Origin: an uncultured Actinomycetota bacterium | Lineage (GTDB): Bacteria > Actinomycetota > Actinomycetes > JAFAQI01 | NCBI GenBank assembly: GCA_963770565.1 | Contig: CAVYQE010000002.1 | Span: 640,001 to 704,000, forward strand | Direction of reading: 5' to 3' | Length of the DNA: 64,000 nucleotides | Shown here: positions 1 through 9,250 of the stretch, piece by piece | Layout: each line of letters starts with the position of its first letter | How positions within the stretch are numbered: the first letter of the stretch is position 1 | The notes under the pieces: generated by a model | Database searches by the model: none | Told to the model about the DNA's origin: nothing | What the model saw: only the letters and a program-made list of their open reading frames with translations | Program-made: the position numbers and the translations under genes

Positions 1-142
1 TGCAGGTGGTCAGCTTGACCGGCTTGGCGGCCGGTGCGGCGGCGGCCGAGCCCGCGGCGCCGGCCAGACCGGATCCGGCCAGCAGGGCCAGCGCGGACGC
101 GGCGGTGAGGACGGCGGGGCGGCGAGCAACGGTGCGGGTCAT
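1..142 (-). CDS. Secreted protein, N-terminal part (runs off the window edge)
   Basis: ATG at 142 reads MTRTVARRPAVLTAASALALLAGSGLAGAAGSAAAAPAAKPVKLTTC, a typical signal peptide; not in the ORF track. Confidence 0.6.
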   Translation of the reverse strand, partial: MTRTVARRPAVLTAASALALLAGSGLAGAAGSAAAAPAAKPVKLTTC

Positions 143-385
143 CCAACGAGTCCGATCATCAGACACACTGCGGCATTGCTCGCTGAACCTACCGATCAGG
201 GTCCGTTTGCGCACTAAGGGCCTGACCGGATTCAGCAGCCATTTGTTGGGGAATGTCACCGACCGGTTACCGGATGTTTCCCCATCCGCTTCGTACCCGT
301 TGTGGTGGTTCGGGAGCCCGATTACTAATTTTGCAAGGGGGTGGCCGGGGCCCCCCGGCGACCCGGTTGGGAGAGGAGAATCCCG

Positions 386-2860
386 ATGGATCGTCTGAGA
401 AGAACACTCGTGATCGCGACCGTGATCGGATCGGCCTCCGCCGTCATTGCGGGGGGTGCGGTCGGCGCGAGCGCGACCGCCGATCAGGGCGCCTCTCATC
501 CGGTGGCGGCGCACCACCCGAGCTCGCCGGTTGCGAGCACCGGTTCGTGCCATCTCGCGAACGGCATCAAGCACGTCGTTGAGCTCACCTTCGACAACGT
601 GCACTTCTTCCGGGACAACCCGAACGTTCCGTCGGACCTGGAGATGATGCCGAACCTGCTCAACTTCTTCGAGGACAACGGCTCGTTCCTGTCCAACAGC
701 CACACGCCGCTAATCGCGCACACCGGTGACGACACGTTGACGACGTACACCGGTCTGTACGGCGACCGGGACGGCATGGGAATCTCCAACTCCTACCAGG
801 CCTACAACGCCGACGGCACGACCGATCCGGCCAGCTCGTTCGCGTACTGGACCGACCCGGTCTTCGACACCGCATCGACCCCCAACCCCGGCCACGACAT
901 CAACCCGTCGATGGTCTACAGCGCGTCGCCGCCGGCGACCGCTCGACCGGCGCCGAAGCCTGACACGGTCACACCTGCGCCATGGGTCGAATACGCCCGG
1001 GCCGGCTGCAACGTCGGCGACGTGTCGACCTCGAACATGGTGCTCGAGAACACCTCCGTCGACCTTCCGAAGGTCTTCGGCCCCACCTCGCCGGAGGTCG
1101 CGCAGCTCAATGCCGATCCCGACTCGTTCAAGGACGCCGAGACCGCCGACTACGACGGCCTGGCCGTGCACTGCGCCAAGGGCAGCTCGGTATGCGGGTC
1201 GGCGACGGCGACCAAGTTCGGCCAGACCTCGCCATCGCCCAGCGCGGTGACTGACGCGCTCCCCGACGAGCCCGGCGGGTACAACGGATACCAGGCGCTG
1301 TTCGGGCACCGCTACATCGCGCCACAGCTCGGGGCCGGCACGCCGAACCTCAGCCGCAACGGCTCCGAGGTCACCAACGCCGCCGGCAACCTGGTCGACC
1401 TCAACGGCAACGAGATCGACGGCGCGTTCCTGACCGCGCACCCGGGATTCCCCGGCTTCAGCACGATCAATGCGTCGCAGACGCTCGCCTACATGGCCGA
1501 CATGCTCGAGTCGAATGTCCCCGTGGTCTACGGCTACGTCTCGGACATTCACGGCAACGAGAAGATCCCGGCGCTCTCGGGCGCCTGCGCCGGAGCACCG
1601 GCCGCACTCGCCAGCGGGACGCCCTGCTACATCGCCCAGGCCCAGTACTACAACCAGGCCTTCGGCAACTTCTTCTCGCGGTTGGCCGCGGACGGCATCA
1701 CCGCACAGAACACGCTGTTCGTCCTGTCCTCGGACGAGGGTGACCACGAGGCGGGTGCGAACGTCGGCCGCGCGATCCAGCCGACGCCGGCCAACTGCGA
1801 CGGCGCCACCGTGTCCGGTACGACGGTCACAGCGGACGTCGCCTGCACCTACCCCACCGGAGCGTTCGGGGAGCTCGGTGCCGACGTCAACGGGCTGCTG
1901 GCGAACGAGACTACCGACACGACGCCTTTCTCGCTGGAGAATGACAGCGCACCGGAGTTCTACGTCACGGGCCATCCGGGCCCGGACTCGACCGAGGTGC
2001 GCTCGCTCGAGCACGACGTCGCGGGGCTGACCGCGTCGAACCCGTACTCCGGCAACACCCACGAGTTGATCACCAACTATCTGGCCGACCCGACTGAGGA
2101 AGCGATCCTGCACTTCGTCGACGCCGACCCGGCCCGGACTCCGACCTTCGCGATGTTCGCCAAGCCGGACTACTTCGTCGAGACCGGCAAAGCGACCTGC
2201 ACGAACGTCACCGGACCGTCGAGCTCGGACTGCGTGGACCAGACCACCTCGTTCGCTTGGGATCACGGCGACTACGCGCCCGAGATCGACACCAACTACG
2301 TCGGGTTCGCGGGGCCCGGCGTGGCTCACCTCGGGCTCGACGGCTCGGCCCCCAATGCGGGTCCGTCGTCGGCCGGCCCGCTGAGTGGGCAGGGCACCAT
2401 TCCGCAAAGCGGGACGACCGGAACCTGGGCTGACGAAACCGACATCCGCCCGACGGTCATGGACCTCGTCGGGCTGCACGACGACTACACCGATGACGGT
2501 CGAGTCATCACCCAGGTGCTCGGTCACGCACCGAACGGTCTCGACGGTCGGGACGCGGTCCGGCTCGGCAGCTGCTACAAGCAGCTGAACTCCAGCGTCG
2601 GCGAGCTCGGTACGGCGACGCTCGAGGCCTCGACGAACGCGGTCGAGAGCTCGAGTGCGAACGACGTCGCCTACACCTCGACCGATGCCAGTCTCGCGCG
2701 CCTCGAAGCCGCGCGCGACCACCTGGCCGGACAGATCAAGGACCAGCTGTTCGGGGCTGAGTTCGAGGGGCATCACCTCGACCCGAACACGGCGCGGCGG
2801 GAAACCGCGTCGTGTGTCGGCCTGATCGCGTGGGCCGATCACCTGGCGATCGCGGGCTGA
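386..2860 (+). CDS. Large secreted alkaline-phosphatase/phosphoesterase-superfamily-like protein
   Basis: GAGGAG RBS before ATG 386; signal peptide; IKHVVELTFDNVHF, SDEGDH, WDHGD and DIRPT motifs resemble alkaline-phosphatase-superfamily metal sites. Confidence 0.7.
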   Translation: MDRLRRTLVIATVIGSASAVIAGGAVGASATADQGASHPVAAHHPSSPVASTGSCHLANGIKHVVELTFDNVHFFRDNPNVPSDLEMMPNLLNFFEDNGSFLSNSHTPLIAHTGDDTLTTYTGLYGDRDGMGISNSYQAYNADGTTDPASSFAYWTDPVFDTASTPNPGHDINPSMVYSASPPATARPAPKPDTVTPAPWVEYARAGCNVGDVSTSNMVLENTSVDLPKVFGPTSPEVAQLNADPDSFKDAETADYDGLAVHCAKGSSVCGSATATKFGQTSPSPSAVTDALPDEPGGYNGYQALFGHRYIAPQLGAGTPNLSRNGSEVTNAAGNLVDLNGNEIDGAFLTAHPGFPGFSTINASQTLAYMADMLESNVPVVYGYVSDIHGNEKIPALSGACAGAPAALASGTPCYIAQAQYYNQAFGNFFSRLAADGITAQNTLFVLSSDEGDHEAGANVGRAIQPTPANCDGATVSGTTVTADVACTYPTGAFGELGADVNGLLANETTDTTPFSLENDSAPEFYVTGHPGPDSTEVRSLEHDVAGLTASNPYSGNTHELITNYLADPTEEAILHFVDADPARTPTFAMFAKPDYFVETGKATCTNVTGPSSSDCVDQTTSFAWDHGDYAPEIDTNYVGFAGPGVAHLGLDGSAPNAGPSSAGPLSGQGTIPQSGTTGTWADETDIRPTVMDLVGLHDDYTDDGRVITQVLGHAPNGLDGRDAVRLGSCYKQLNSSVGELGTATLEASTNAVESSSANDVAYTSTDASLARLEAARDHLAGQIKDQLFGAEFEGHHLDPNTARRETASCVGLIAWADHLAIAG

Positions 2861-2887
2861 TCGGGAGGCGGACCGAGCTCCGCCGCC

Positions 2888-2930
2888 GACCTGACCTTCC
2901 CGGCCACCCGCCGGCCGGGAAGGTCAGGTC
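2888..2930 (+). terminator. Strong hairpin, probable terminator
   Basis: Perfect 18-bp stem GACCTGACCTTCCCGGCC/GGCCGGGAAGGTCAGGTC about 28 nt after the stop. Confidence 0.65.
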
Positions 2931-3144
2931 AACAGCCATCCGAGCCCGACTTTCCGGACTGCGCCGAACGGCCGAGCCGGTCCTGGACCCAATGGCGGAG
3001 CCGAGCCGAAAATTGGGTCTCGGTTTGCTGTGAACTCTTGAAATTCACCCGCATGGATGATCAAGCGCGACTACCGTTGAATCATCACCAATCCAGATCG
3101 GTGATGCACACCGCCTGCCCACGGCGGATTCATGGGAGTCCCCT

Positions 3145-6090
3145 TTGCACGGCTTCGTTCACGTCGGCCTTCGTAGGCCCGCGGCACTCGCATCCGCCGT
3201 TATCCTCAGTCTCACTGGGCTGGCCGTGTTCGCGGCCCCGGCCGCCAATGCGCAGGGGAGCCCGCAACCGACCGTCGTCAGCGCGCTGCCGGCTGCCTAC
3301 ACGCCGAACGTCAACGACGGCACCGTCTACGCGATCGGCCAGAGCGGCTCGACCGTGGTCCTCGGGGGGTCGTTCGACTCGGTCAGCCCCTACAACTCGA
3401 CGTCCGAGACGGTTCCGGTCACCGACATCACGGCGTTCACCGCCGGTACCGGCGCGATCATCACCAGTTTCCAGCCGACCTTGGACGGCCAGGTCAACGC
3501 GATCATTCCCGGCACGACACCGGGCACCGTCTACATCGGTGGCGCATTCAAGACCGTCGACGGAGTGACCTCTCGGGTCGCGCTGATCGACACGACCACC
3601 GGCGCGATCGTGCCCGGCTTCAAGCCACCGAAGATCAACGGCGACATCAACAGCCTCGCGGTTGCCGACGGGCAGCTCTTCCTCGGCGGCTTCTTCACCA
3701 CGATTACCGGGCAGACCCGCGACGGGTTCGCGACTCTGAACCCCACCACCGGTGCGTTGACGTCGTACGCGACCCTCGCGTTCACCGGACACCACAACTA
3801 CGGCGTGCACTGCACCTCGCCGACCTGCCCGTCGGCGGGGGTCGGCGTCCGGTCGATGGACGTCACGCCCGACGGCACCACGATGGTGGTCACGGGCGAC
3901 TTCACCAACGTCTCGGGCGCGACCCGCGACCAGGTGGCGATGCTGTCGCTGACCCCCACCGAAGCCGACGTCGACCTGAACTGGAACACCGACGGCTTCA
4001 CCTCGCCGTGCGCGTCCAACTCCTTCGACGCCTACATTCGCCAGATCGCGTTCTCGCCGGACGGCTCGTACTTCGTGATCGTCGACACCGGCGCGGGCGG
4101 CACGACCGCCAAGAACATCGACGGCACCCGCGCGATCTGTGACGCGGTCGCCCGGTTCGAGACCGGGGCGACCGGTGCCGACGTCCAGCCGACCTGGGTG
4201 GACTGGACCGGCAACGACACCTTCTGGTCGGTCGCGACCAGCGGAACCGCGATCTACGCGGGTGGCCACCAGCGCTGGCTCAACAACAGCGCCGGCTCGG
4301 ACCGGGCGGCGGAGGGCTCCGTGCCGCGGCCGGGCATCGCGGCCATCGACCCGCAGAACGGCATGCCACTGGCGTGGAACCCGGGCCGCAACCCGCGCGG
4401 CGTCGGCGCGCAGGCGCTGCTCACCACCCCCGACGGCCTGTACGTCGGCAGCGACACCGACTGGATCGGTAATAACAAGTATCACCACGAGAAGAACGCG
4501 TTCTTCCCGCTCGCTGGTGGCGAGACGCTGCCGAGCAATACCCTCGGTTCGCTCCCGGGCAGCGTGTTCCTGTTCGACCAGAGCGGCAACAGCAGCGGAA
4601 TCAACACCGAGAACTGGGACGGGGTGTCCGCTCCGACGCCGGGCCTCGCCGTCACCGGGTTCAACAACAACACGGTTCGCGGTGCCTTCGCGGTCAACAA
4701 CACGTTGTATTACGCAACCAGTACCGGCAGCTTCTTCGAGGCGCCGTTCCAGGGCCGCTCGGTCGGGACACCGGTCGCGATCGACCCGTACGACGACCCG
4801 GTCTGGAGCACGGTCGACACCGGCAGCGGGCAGACCTACCGCGGCGTCAAGTCGACGTTCTACAGCGAGATGTCGTCGATGACTTCGCTGTTCTATACCA
4901 ATGGCCGGGTCTACTACACGCTGTCCAACAAGCACGGGATGTACTGGCGCTATTTCGAGACCGACGACGGCGTGGTGGGCGCCGACGAGTTCACCACGAC
5001 GGACGGCAACGACTGGAGCCGGGTGGCCGGGGCGTTCCTGTCCGGCAACACGCTGTATTTCGCGAACTCGCTCAACGGCAACCTGATGTCGGTCCCGTGG
5101 ACCAACGGCCAGCCGAGCGGCACGCCGACCCTGGCCAACAACTCGATCAACTGGTCGAGCCGTGGCGCGGTGCCGCTCTCGGCCTCGCAAATCCCACCGA
5201 ACCAGCCGCCGACGTCGTCGTTCACGCTCACCTGTACGACGACGGCAAACCCGTGCAGCGCGGACGCCAGCGCGTCGAGCGACTCGGACGGCTTCATCAC
5301 CGGCTACGGCTGGGACTGGGGCGACGGCACGACGTCTCAGACCTCGACGCCCACCACCTCCCACACCTACTCGACGGCCGGCACCTACACGGTGACGCTC
5401 ACGGTCACCGACAACAGCGGTGCGACCGGGGTGAGCACCAAGCCGGCTCACGTCGTCGACTCGAACGCGCCGCCGATCGCATTCCGCGCAAGCGCCGGTT
5501 TCGACGCCAACAGCGCGAACCCGACGGTCACTGTGCCCAGCGCAGTGCAGCCGGGTGACGAGATGTTGCTGTTCTCGACGTACGCCTCGACGACCGTGAC
5601 CGCGACGCCACCGGCCGGTTGGACCCTGATCGGGTCGACTAGCCGCAGCAACCTCACCACGGCGGTCTACTCGCGGTCGGCCACAGCCGGGGACCCGGGC
5701 ACCGCAGTGACGGTTGCCCTGTCCGGGACCGCCAAGACCAGCCTCACCCTGGCCGCTTACGCCAATGCGAAGGACCCGGTCGAGGTGTCTTCCTCCGCGA
5801 CCGACGCTTCGACGGCGACCCACACCTCACCCACGGTGACCGGTCTCGGCACCGATTCGTTCGCGGTGACGATGTGGGCCGACAAGTCGACGACCACTAC
5901 CTCGTGGACGTCGCCGCCGAGCGTGACCGTCGAGTCGACCTTGCTCGGCTCGGCCGGCGGCGCGGTGAGTGCGGTGGTGGCCGACTCGGGGAGTGCGGTC
6001 ACCGGCAGCTACGGGGGGCTCACCGCGACGACCAACGTCACGAGCGGGTCCGGGGCGAGCTGGACGATCGGCCTCGCGATCAACGGCTAA
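3145..6090 (+). CDS. Secreted PKD-domain protein with N-terminal beta-propeller-like repeats
   Basis: Signal peptide; repeated GGxF(T/K) blades; PKD motif (DASASSDSDG...WDWGDG...HTYSTAGTYTVTLTVTD); Ser/Thr-rich C-terminus. Confidence 0.85.
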   Translation: MHGFVHVGLRRPAALASAVILSLTGLAVFAAPAANAQGSPQPTVVSALPAAYTPNVNDGTVYAIGQSGSTVVLGGSFDSVSPYNSTSETVPVTDITAFTAGTGAIITSFQPTLDGQVNAIIPGTTPGTVYIGGAFKTVDGVTSRVALIDTTTGAIVPGFKPPKINGDINSLAVADGQLFLGGFFTTITGQTRDGFATLNPTTGALTSYATLAFTGHHNYGVHCTSPTCPSAGVGVRSMDVTPDGTTMVVTGDFTNVSGATRDQVAMLSLTPTEADVDLNWNTDGFTSPCASNSFDAYIRQIAFSPDGSYFVIVDTGAGGTTAKNIDGTRAICDAVARFETGATGADVQPTWVDWTGNDTFWSVATSGTAIYAGGHQRWLNNSAGSDRAAEGSVPRPGIAAIDPQNGMPLAWNPGRNPRGVGAQALLTTPDGLYVGSDTDWIGNNKYHHEKNAFFPLAGGETLPSNTLGSLPGSVFLFDQSGNSSGINTENWDGVSAPTPGLAVTGFNNNTVRGAFAVNNTLYYATSTGSFFEAPFQGRSVGTPVAIDPYDDPVWSTVDTGSGQTYRGVKSTFYSEMSSMTSLFYTNGRVYYTLSNKHGMYWRYFETDDGVVGADEFTTTDGNDWSRVAGAFLSGNTLYFANSLNGNLMSVPWTNGQPSGTPTLANNSINWSSRGAVPLSASQIPPNQPPTSSFTLTCTTTANPCSADASASSDSDGFITGYGWDWGDGTTSQTSTPTTSHTYSTAGTYTVTLTVTDNSGATGVSTKPAHVVDSNAPPIAFRASAGFDANSANPTVTVPSAVQPGDEMLLFSTYASTTVTATPPAGWTLIGSTSRSNLTTAVYSRSATAGDPGTAVTVALSGTAKTSLTLAAYANAKDPVEVSSSATDASTATHTSPTVTGLGTDSFAVTMWADKSTTTTSWTSPPSVTVESTLLGSAGGAVSAVVADSGSAVTGSYGGLTATTNVTSGSGASWTIGLAING

Positions 6091-6097
6091 CCCCGTT

Positions 6098-6182
6098 CCA
6101 AGCAATGTCACATTGCCCAGGGGTTTAGTGGGGCAGTGTCACATCACCCACCACTTTGTGGGGGTGATGTGACATTGCTTGG
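6098..6182. repeat. Modular palindromic intergenic repeat, family A copy 1 (85 bp)
   Basis: CCAAGCAATGT...ACATTGCTTGG termini; three TGT(C/G)ACA cores centred at 6109, 6140, 6171. Confidence 0.9.
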
Positions 6183-6214
6183 TCGTGGCCCGATTGGTCC
6201 TGACCCGCTTGGCC

Positions 6215-6901
6215 CTAGACCTGGCTCACCGAGCGCGAGTCGTGGTGCGACGGGTACGCCGAGGTGTCGAGAACGAGCTGACCGGGCTCGAGGCCGGCCG
6301 CCCACGGATAGCCGTAGATCAGCAGCTGCATGCTGATCAGGGCGATCTCGTCCGCGGACTGCTCGGGCACCTCGTTCAGCCACCACTCGAGCAGGGCGAG
6401 GTGGCTGCCGGTCCAGGCCTTCGCGAAGGCGACTACGGGCAGCCGAGGGAAGCCGTGGTTGGCCTCCATCACCTGCGTGAACGCCTGGTCGATCGCCGCG
6501 CCGATGATGTCCGCATAGGCCCGGCGGGCTCGGCCGTCCGCGGCGCCGGACAGCACCACGCGGTAGAGCTCACGATTCTGGTCGACGTGCAGGTAGAGCT
6601 CGAGGATTCCGGTGCCGTAGACGACGTGACCGGTCGGCGTCTGCGGGAGGACCCGAGCGGTCAGGTCGCTGGCCAATTCCTCGACGATCGCGGTCAGCAG
6701 GTCGTGCTGGTCGGCGTAGTGCGCGTAGAAAGTGGCGCGGGCGACGTCGGCTCGCGCGATGATCGCGCCGACCGTGACGGTGTCGAATCCCTGCTCCAGG
6801 ACCAGCGTGACGAAGGCGTCCCGGATCGCGGAGCGGGTTCGTCGTACCCGGCGGTCGCTGACCGGCTGCGCAGTCCTCCTGGCCACCAGAGAACCATACA
6901 C
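6215..6901 (-). CDS. TetR/AcrR family transcriptional regulator
   Basis: DRRVRRTR...GFDTVTVGAIIARADVARATFYAHY HTH; start may be GTG 6886. Confidence 0.9.
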   Translation of the reverse strand: MYGSLVARRTAQPVSDRRVRRTRSAIRDAFVTLVLEQGFDTVTVGAIIARADVARATFYAHYADQHDLLTAIVEELASDLTARVLPQTPTGHVVYGTGILELYLHVDQNRELYRVVLSGAADGRARRAYADIIGAAIDQAFTQVMEANHGFPRLPVVAFAKAWTGSHLALLEWWLNEVPEQSADEIALISMQLLIYGYPWAAGLEPGQLVLDTSAYPSHHDSRSVSQV

Positions 6902-6994
6902 CTTGAATGTTAACGAACATCATGTATGATAACGACTCCAGCAAGGACCGTGCGGGGAACCACAGTGCATCCAGACCCCAGCACCGAACGGGAG

Positions 6995-7327
6995 ATGGAT
7001 GATGGGGACTGGCGCCCTCGGCATGCCGAGCGGCGGGCCGCGATGAGCCGGGGTCACGGACGGATCCAGTTGCAAGTGCTGGACTTCCTGCTCCGTCACG
7101 ACCAATCGGCCCGCGCTCGCGGCGAGAAGACCGACTACGTGCCGCTCGACGAGATCGCCGGCCTCGGCGCGTCCCGCTCGCGGATCGAGCGGATCCGCCA
7201 GGCCGCGAAGAGTCTCGCCGCGGAAGGGCTGATTACGCTTCGTCCGGCCGGCGAGGTCCTGCTCGCCCGGATCGCGACCGCCGACGACTCGGACGGCGAG
7301 CTAAGGGCGAGTTCAGGCGCGCACTGA
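6995..7327 (+). CDS. Hypothetical protein, possible winged-helix DNA-binding fold
   Basis: GGAG before ATG 6995; VPLDEIAG...IRQAAKSLAAEGLI resembles a wHTH. Confidence 0.5.
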   Translation: MDDGDWRPRHAERRAAMSRGHGRIQLQVLDFLLRHDQSARARGEKTDYVPLDEIAGLGASRSRIERIRQAAKSLAAEGLITLRPAGEVLLARIATADDSDGELRASSGAH

Positions 7328-7344
7328 CGCGCGCGCCGGCCTGG

Positions 7345-7962
7345 TCAGGTCGTGGCGAAGCTGTTCAGCAACCCGCGCATCGAGTCGGCCACCGAGTGCC
7401 GGGTGGCGACCGGGTCAGGTGAGTTGGCGATCAGCATCGCCCCCCGCGTGAGCGCGCCCAGCAACAACCTGGTCAGCGTCGGCGGATCGGCAATTCTCAG
7501 CAGTCCGGACTCCACCGCCTTCTCCAGCGCCATCACGATCACCGCGAAGGCGTAACGCTCGTCGAGCTCGGTGAACCGAGCCAGCCCGAGCACGGCCGGA
7601 GCGTCGATGATGACGATCTGCTGGACCTCGGGCTCGAGCACCGCGTCGAGGAACGAGTCGAACCCGCGGGCGAGCGCCTCGACCTCGTCCGGCGCGTCTT
7701 CGGCCGCCTGCGCGGCCGCCACCATCAGCTCGGTGTGCGCCAGGTCGAACACCGCCTCGAAGACTGCGAGCTTGGTCGGGAAGTGGTGATACAGCGCTCC
7801 GGTCGTGACCCGCGCCTCGCGGGCCAGGTCCTCGACCGAGGTGGCGGCGTACCCCTCGGTCCCGAACAGCCGCCGGCCGGCCGCGACGAGCGCGGCCCTG
7901 GTCTGCGCCACCTGCTCGGCGCGCAGGGACGGCTGCGCGGGCGGCATCACGTGATCTGGCAC
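7345..7962 (-). CDS. TetR family transcriptional regulator
   Basis: GYAATSVEDLAREARVTTGALYHHF HTH. Confidence 0.9.
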   Translation of the reverse strand: MPDHVMPPAQPSLRAEQVAQTRAALVAAGRRLFGTEGYAATSVEDLAREARVTTGALYHHFPTKLAVFEAVFDLAHTELMVAAAQAAEDAPDEVEALARGFDSFLDAVLEPEVQQIVIIDAPAVLGLARFTELDERYAFAVIVMALEKAVESGLLRIADPPTLTRLLLGALTRGAMLIANSPDPVATRHSVADSMRGLLNSFATT

Positions 7963-8061
7963 TGCACCTTTGTAGTCCGTCGGGAGCGCTTGCGTAACTC
8001 AGTTCCTCTAGATAGCGTCACTATGTGGAGTAACGCCAATATCCCCACGAGAGGTGCTGCC

Positions 8062-8804
8062 GTGACCGACCCCATCGCCGCCCTCGAGGCGGACCGGGAC
8101 GCCGTGCTCAAGATCTGCGCCGACCTGAGCGACTCCGACTGGCAGGCCGACAGCGGCTGCCCGGGATGGTCGGTGAAGGACGTGCTCGGGCACATCGGTG
8201 CCCTGTTCTGGGCAGTCGTCGATCCGGGCCGCCTCCCCGATGTGACCGGCCTGCCCACCGAGGCGGCCCAGGAGGTGTACGTCGACGCCAGCCGCGGGCT
8301 GGGCGCAATCGAACTGGTCGAGGACTACGAGGCAGTCAGCACAAAGGCGCTCGAACGGCTCGCCGGCCTCACCGGCAAGGACTTCGAGGTGCCGCTCGGC
8401 GATCTCGGCACCTACCCGGCGGCGGCGATCCCGCTCGCCTTCTGCTTCGACCACTACCTGCACATCCGCGCGGACCTCTTCGCGCCGCGCGGGCCGCTGA
8501 CGATCCAGGCGCCACCGTCGGATGAGCTGCGGGTCGGCCCGATGCTCGACTGGATCGACGCCGCGGCCGCCCAGCAGAATCGGCACCGCTTGGCCGCCCT
8601 GGACGGTGCGATCGACGTACAGATCGAGGGCGTCGGCGCGCGCACGGCCGGATCGGGTCGGGCAAGGCCGCCGTACGAGCCAATTGCGGCGCGCACGACT
8701 TCGCGCTGTCTGTCACACAGCGCCAGGCGTGGGATCCCGCTGCCATCGAGCCGGGTAGCAGCGCCGATGGCGTGGCGATCCTCCAGAGTCTGCGGGTGTT
8801 CTGA
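8062..8804 (+). pseudogene. Mycothiol-dependent maleylpyruvate isomerase (MDMPI/DinB-like) family protein with an apparent frameshift near 8648
   Basis: W..SGCPGWSVKDVLGH and DHYLH motifs; a plausible C-terminus (RIGSGKAAVRANCGAHDFALSVTQRQAW...LRVF*) continues in another frame to TGA 8802-8804. Confidence 0.7.
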
Positions 8805-8850
8805 TGACGCTGCGATTCGTCGAGGGCCGCACCGGGCGAATGTCGCGCGG

Positions 8851-9084
8851 ATGAGCGGCCTCCTCGGCACCTGCGCGAGCTGCGCGGCTCAGGTTTCCTA
8901 CGACGGGTCGAAGCTGCAGAGCCACCTTCCCGGCGGCGCCGCGTGGCGGCCGGTCACGCTCAAGCACAGCGTCGCCGACCGCTGCCCTGGCTCGTCGCGC
9001 GCCTCGGTCGAGACCCAACACCTGCCGCAGGCGCACCTGACCCGATCGCAGCGACGCGCACAATGGCGGCTGCTCTTCCAGTAG
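8851..9084 (+). CDS. Small hypothetical protein with CxxC...H...CPGS motif
   Basis: MSGLLGTCASCAAQVSYDGSKLQSH...DRCPGS; forms the tail of the artefactually fused ORF 7735..9084. Confidence 0.45.
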   Translation: MSGLLGTCASCAAQVSYDGSKLQSHLPGGAAWRPVTLKHSVADRCPGSSRASVETQHLPQAHLTRSQRRAQWRLLFQ

Positions 9085-9250
9085 GCGCGCCGCCGTAGGG
9101 TGGCCTCGCCCGGGTGAGATTCTCACCTCCGATCCCCCCGACCGGGTGACGAAGGACCTCCCTATTTACGCCGTTTGGTCGCTTGTCCGGCCGGGTAGGT
9201 GCGTCGACTGAAGAAGGGTCCGGGACGTCAGCAGTCAGGGAGGCCACGTC

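Noticed and set aside
710-5823. Long minus-strand ORFs 710..2842 and 3130..5823 (and many similar shadow ORFs)
   Set aside because: Antisense shadows of well-supported genes in high-GC DNA; Arg/Gly-rich with no motifs
6098-6182. Family A repeats as CRISPR mini-arrays
   Set aside because: Variable parts are only about 10 nt and often self-complementary, there are only three cores per locus, copies are dispersed, and no cas genes or leader are present
7735-9084. 449-aa ORF as one protein
   Set aside because: It overlaps tetR and fuses a frameshifted MDMPI gene with a separate small ORF
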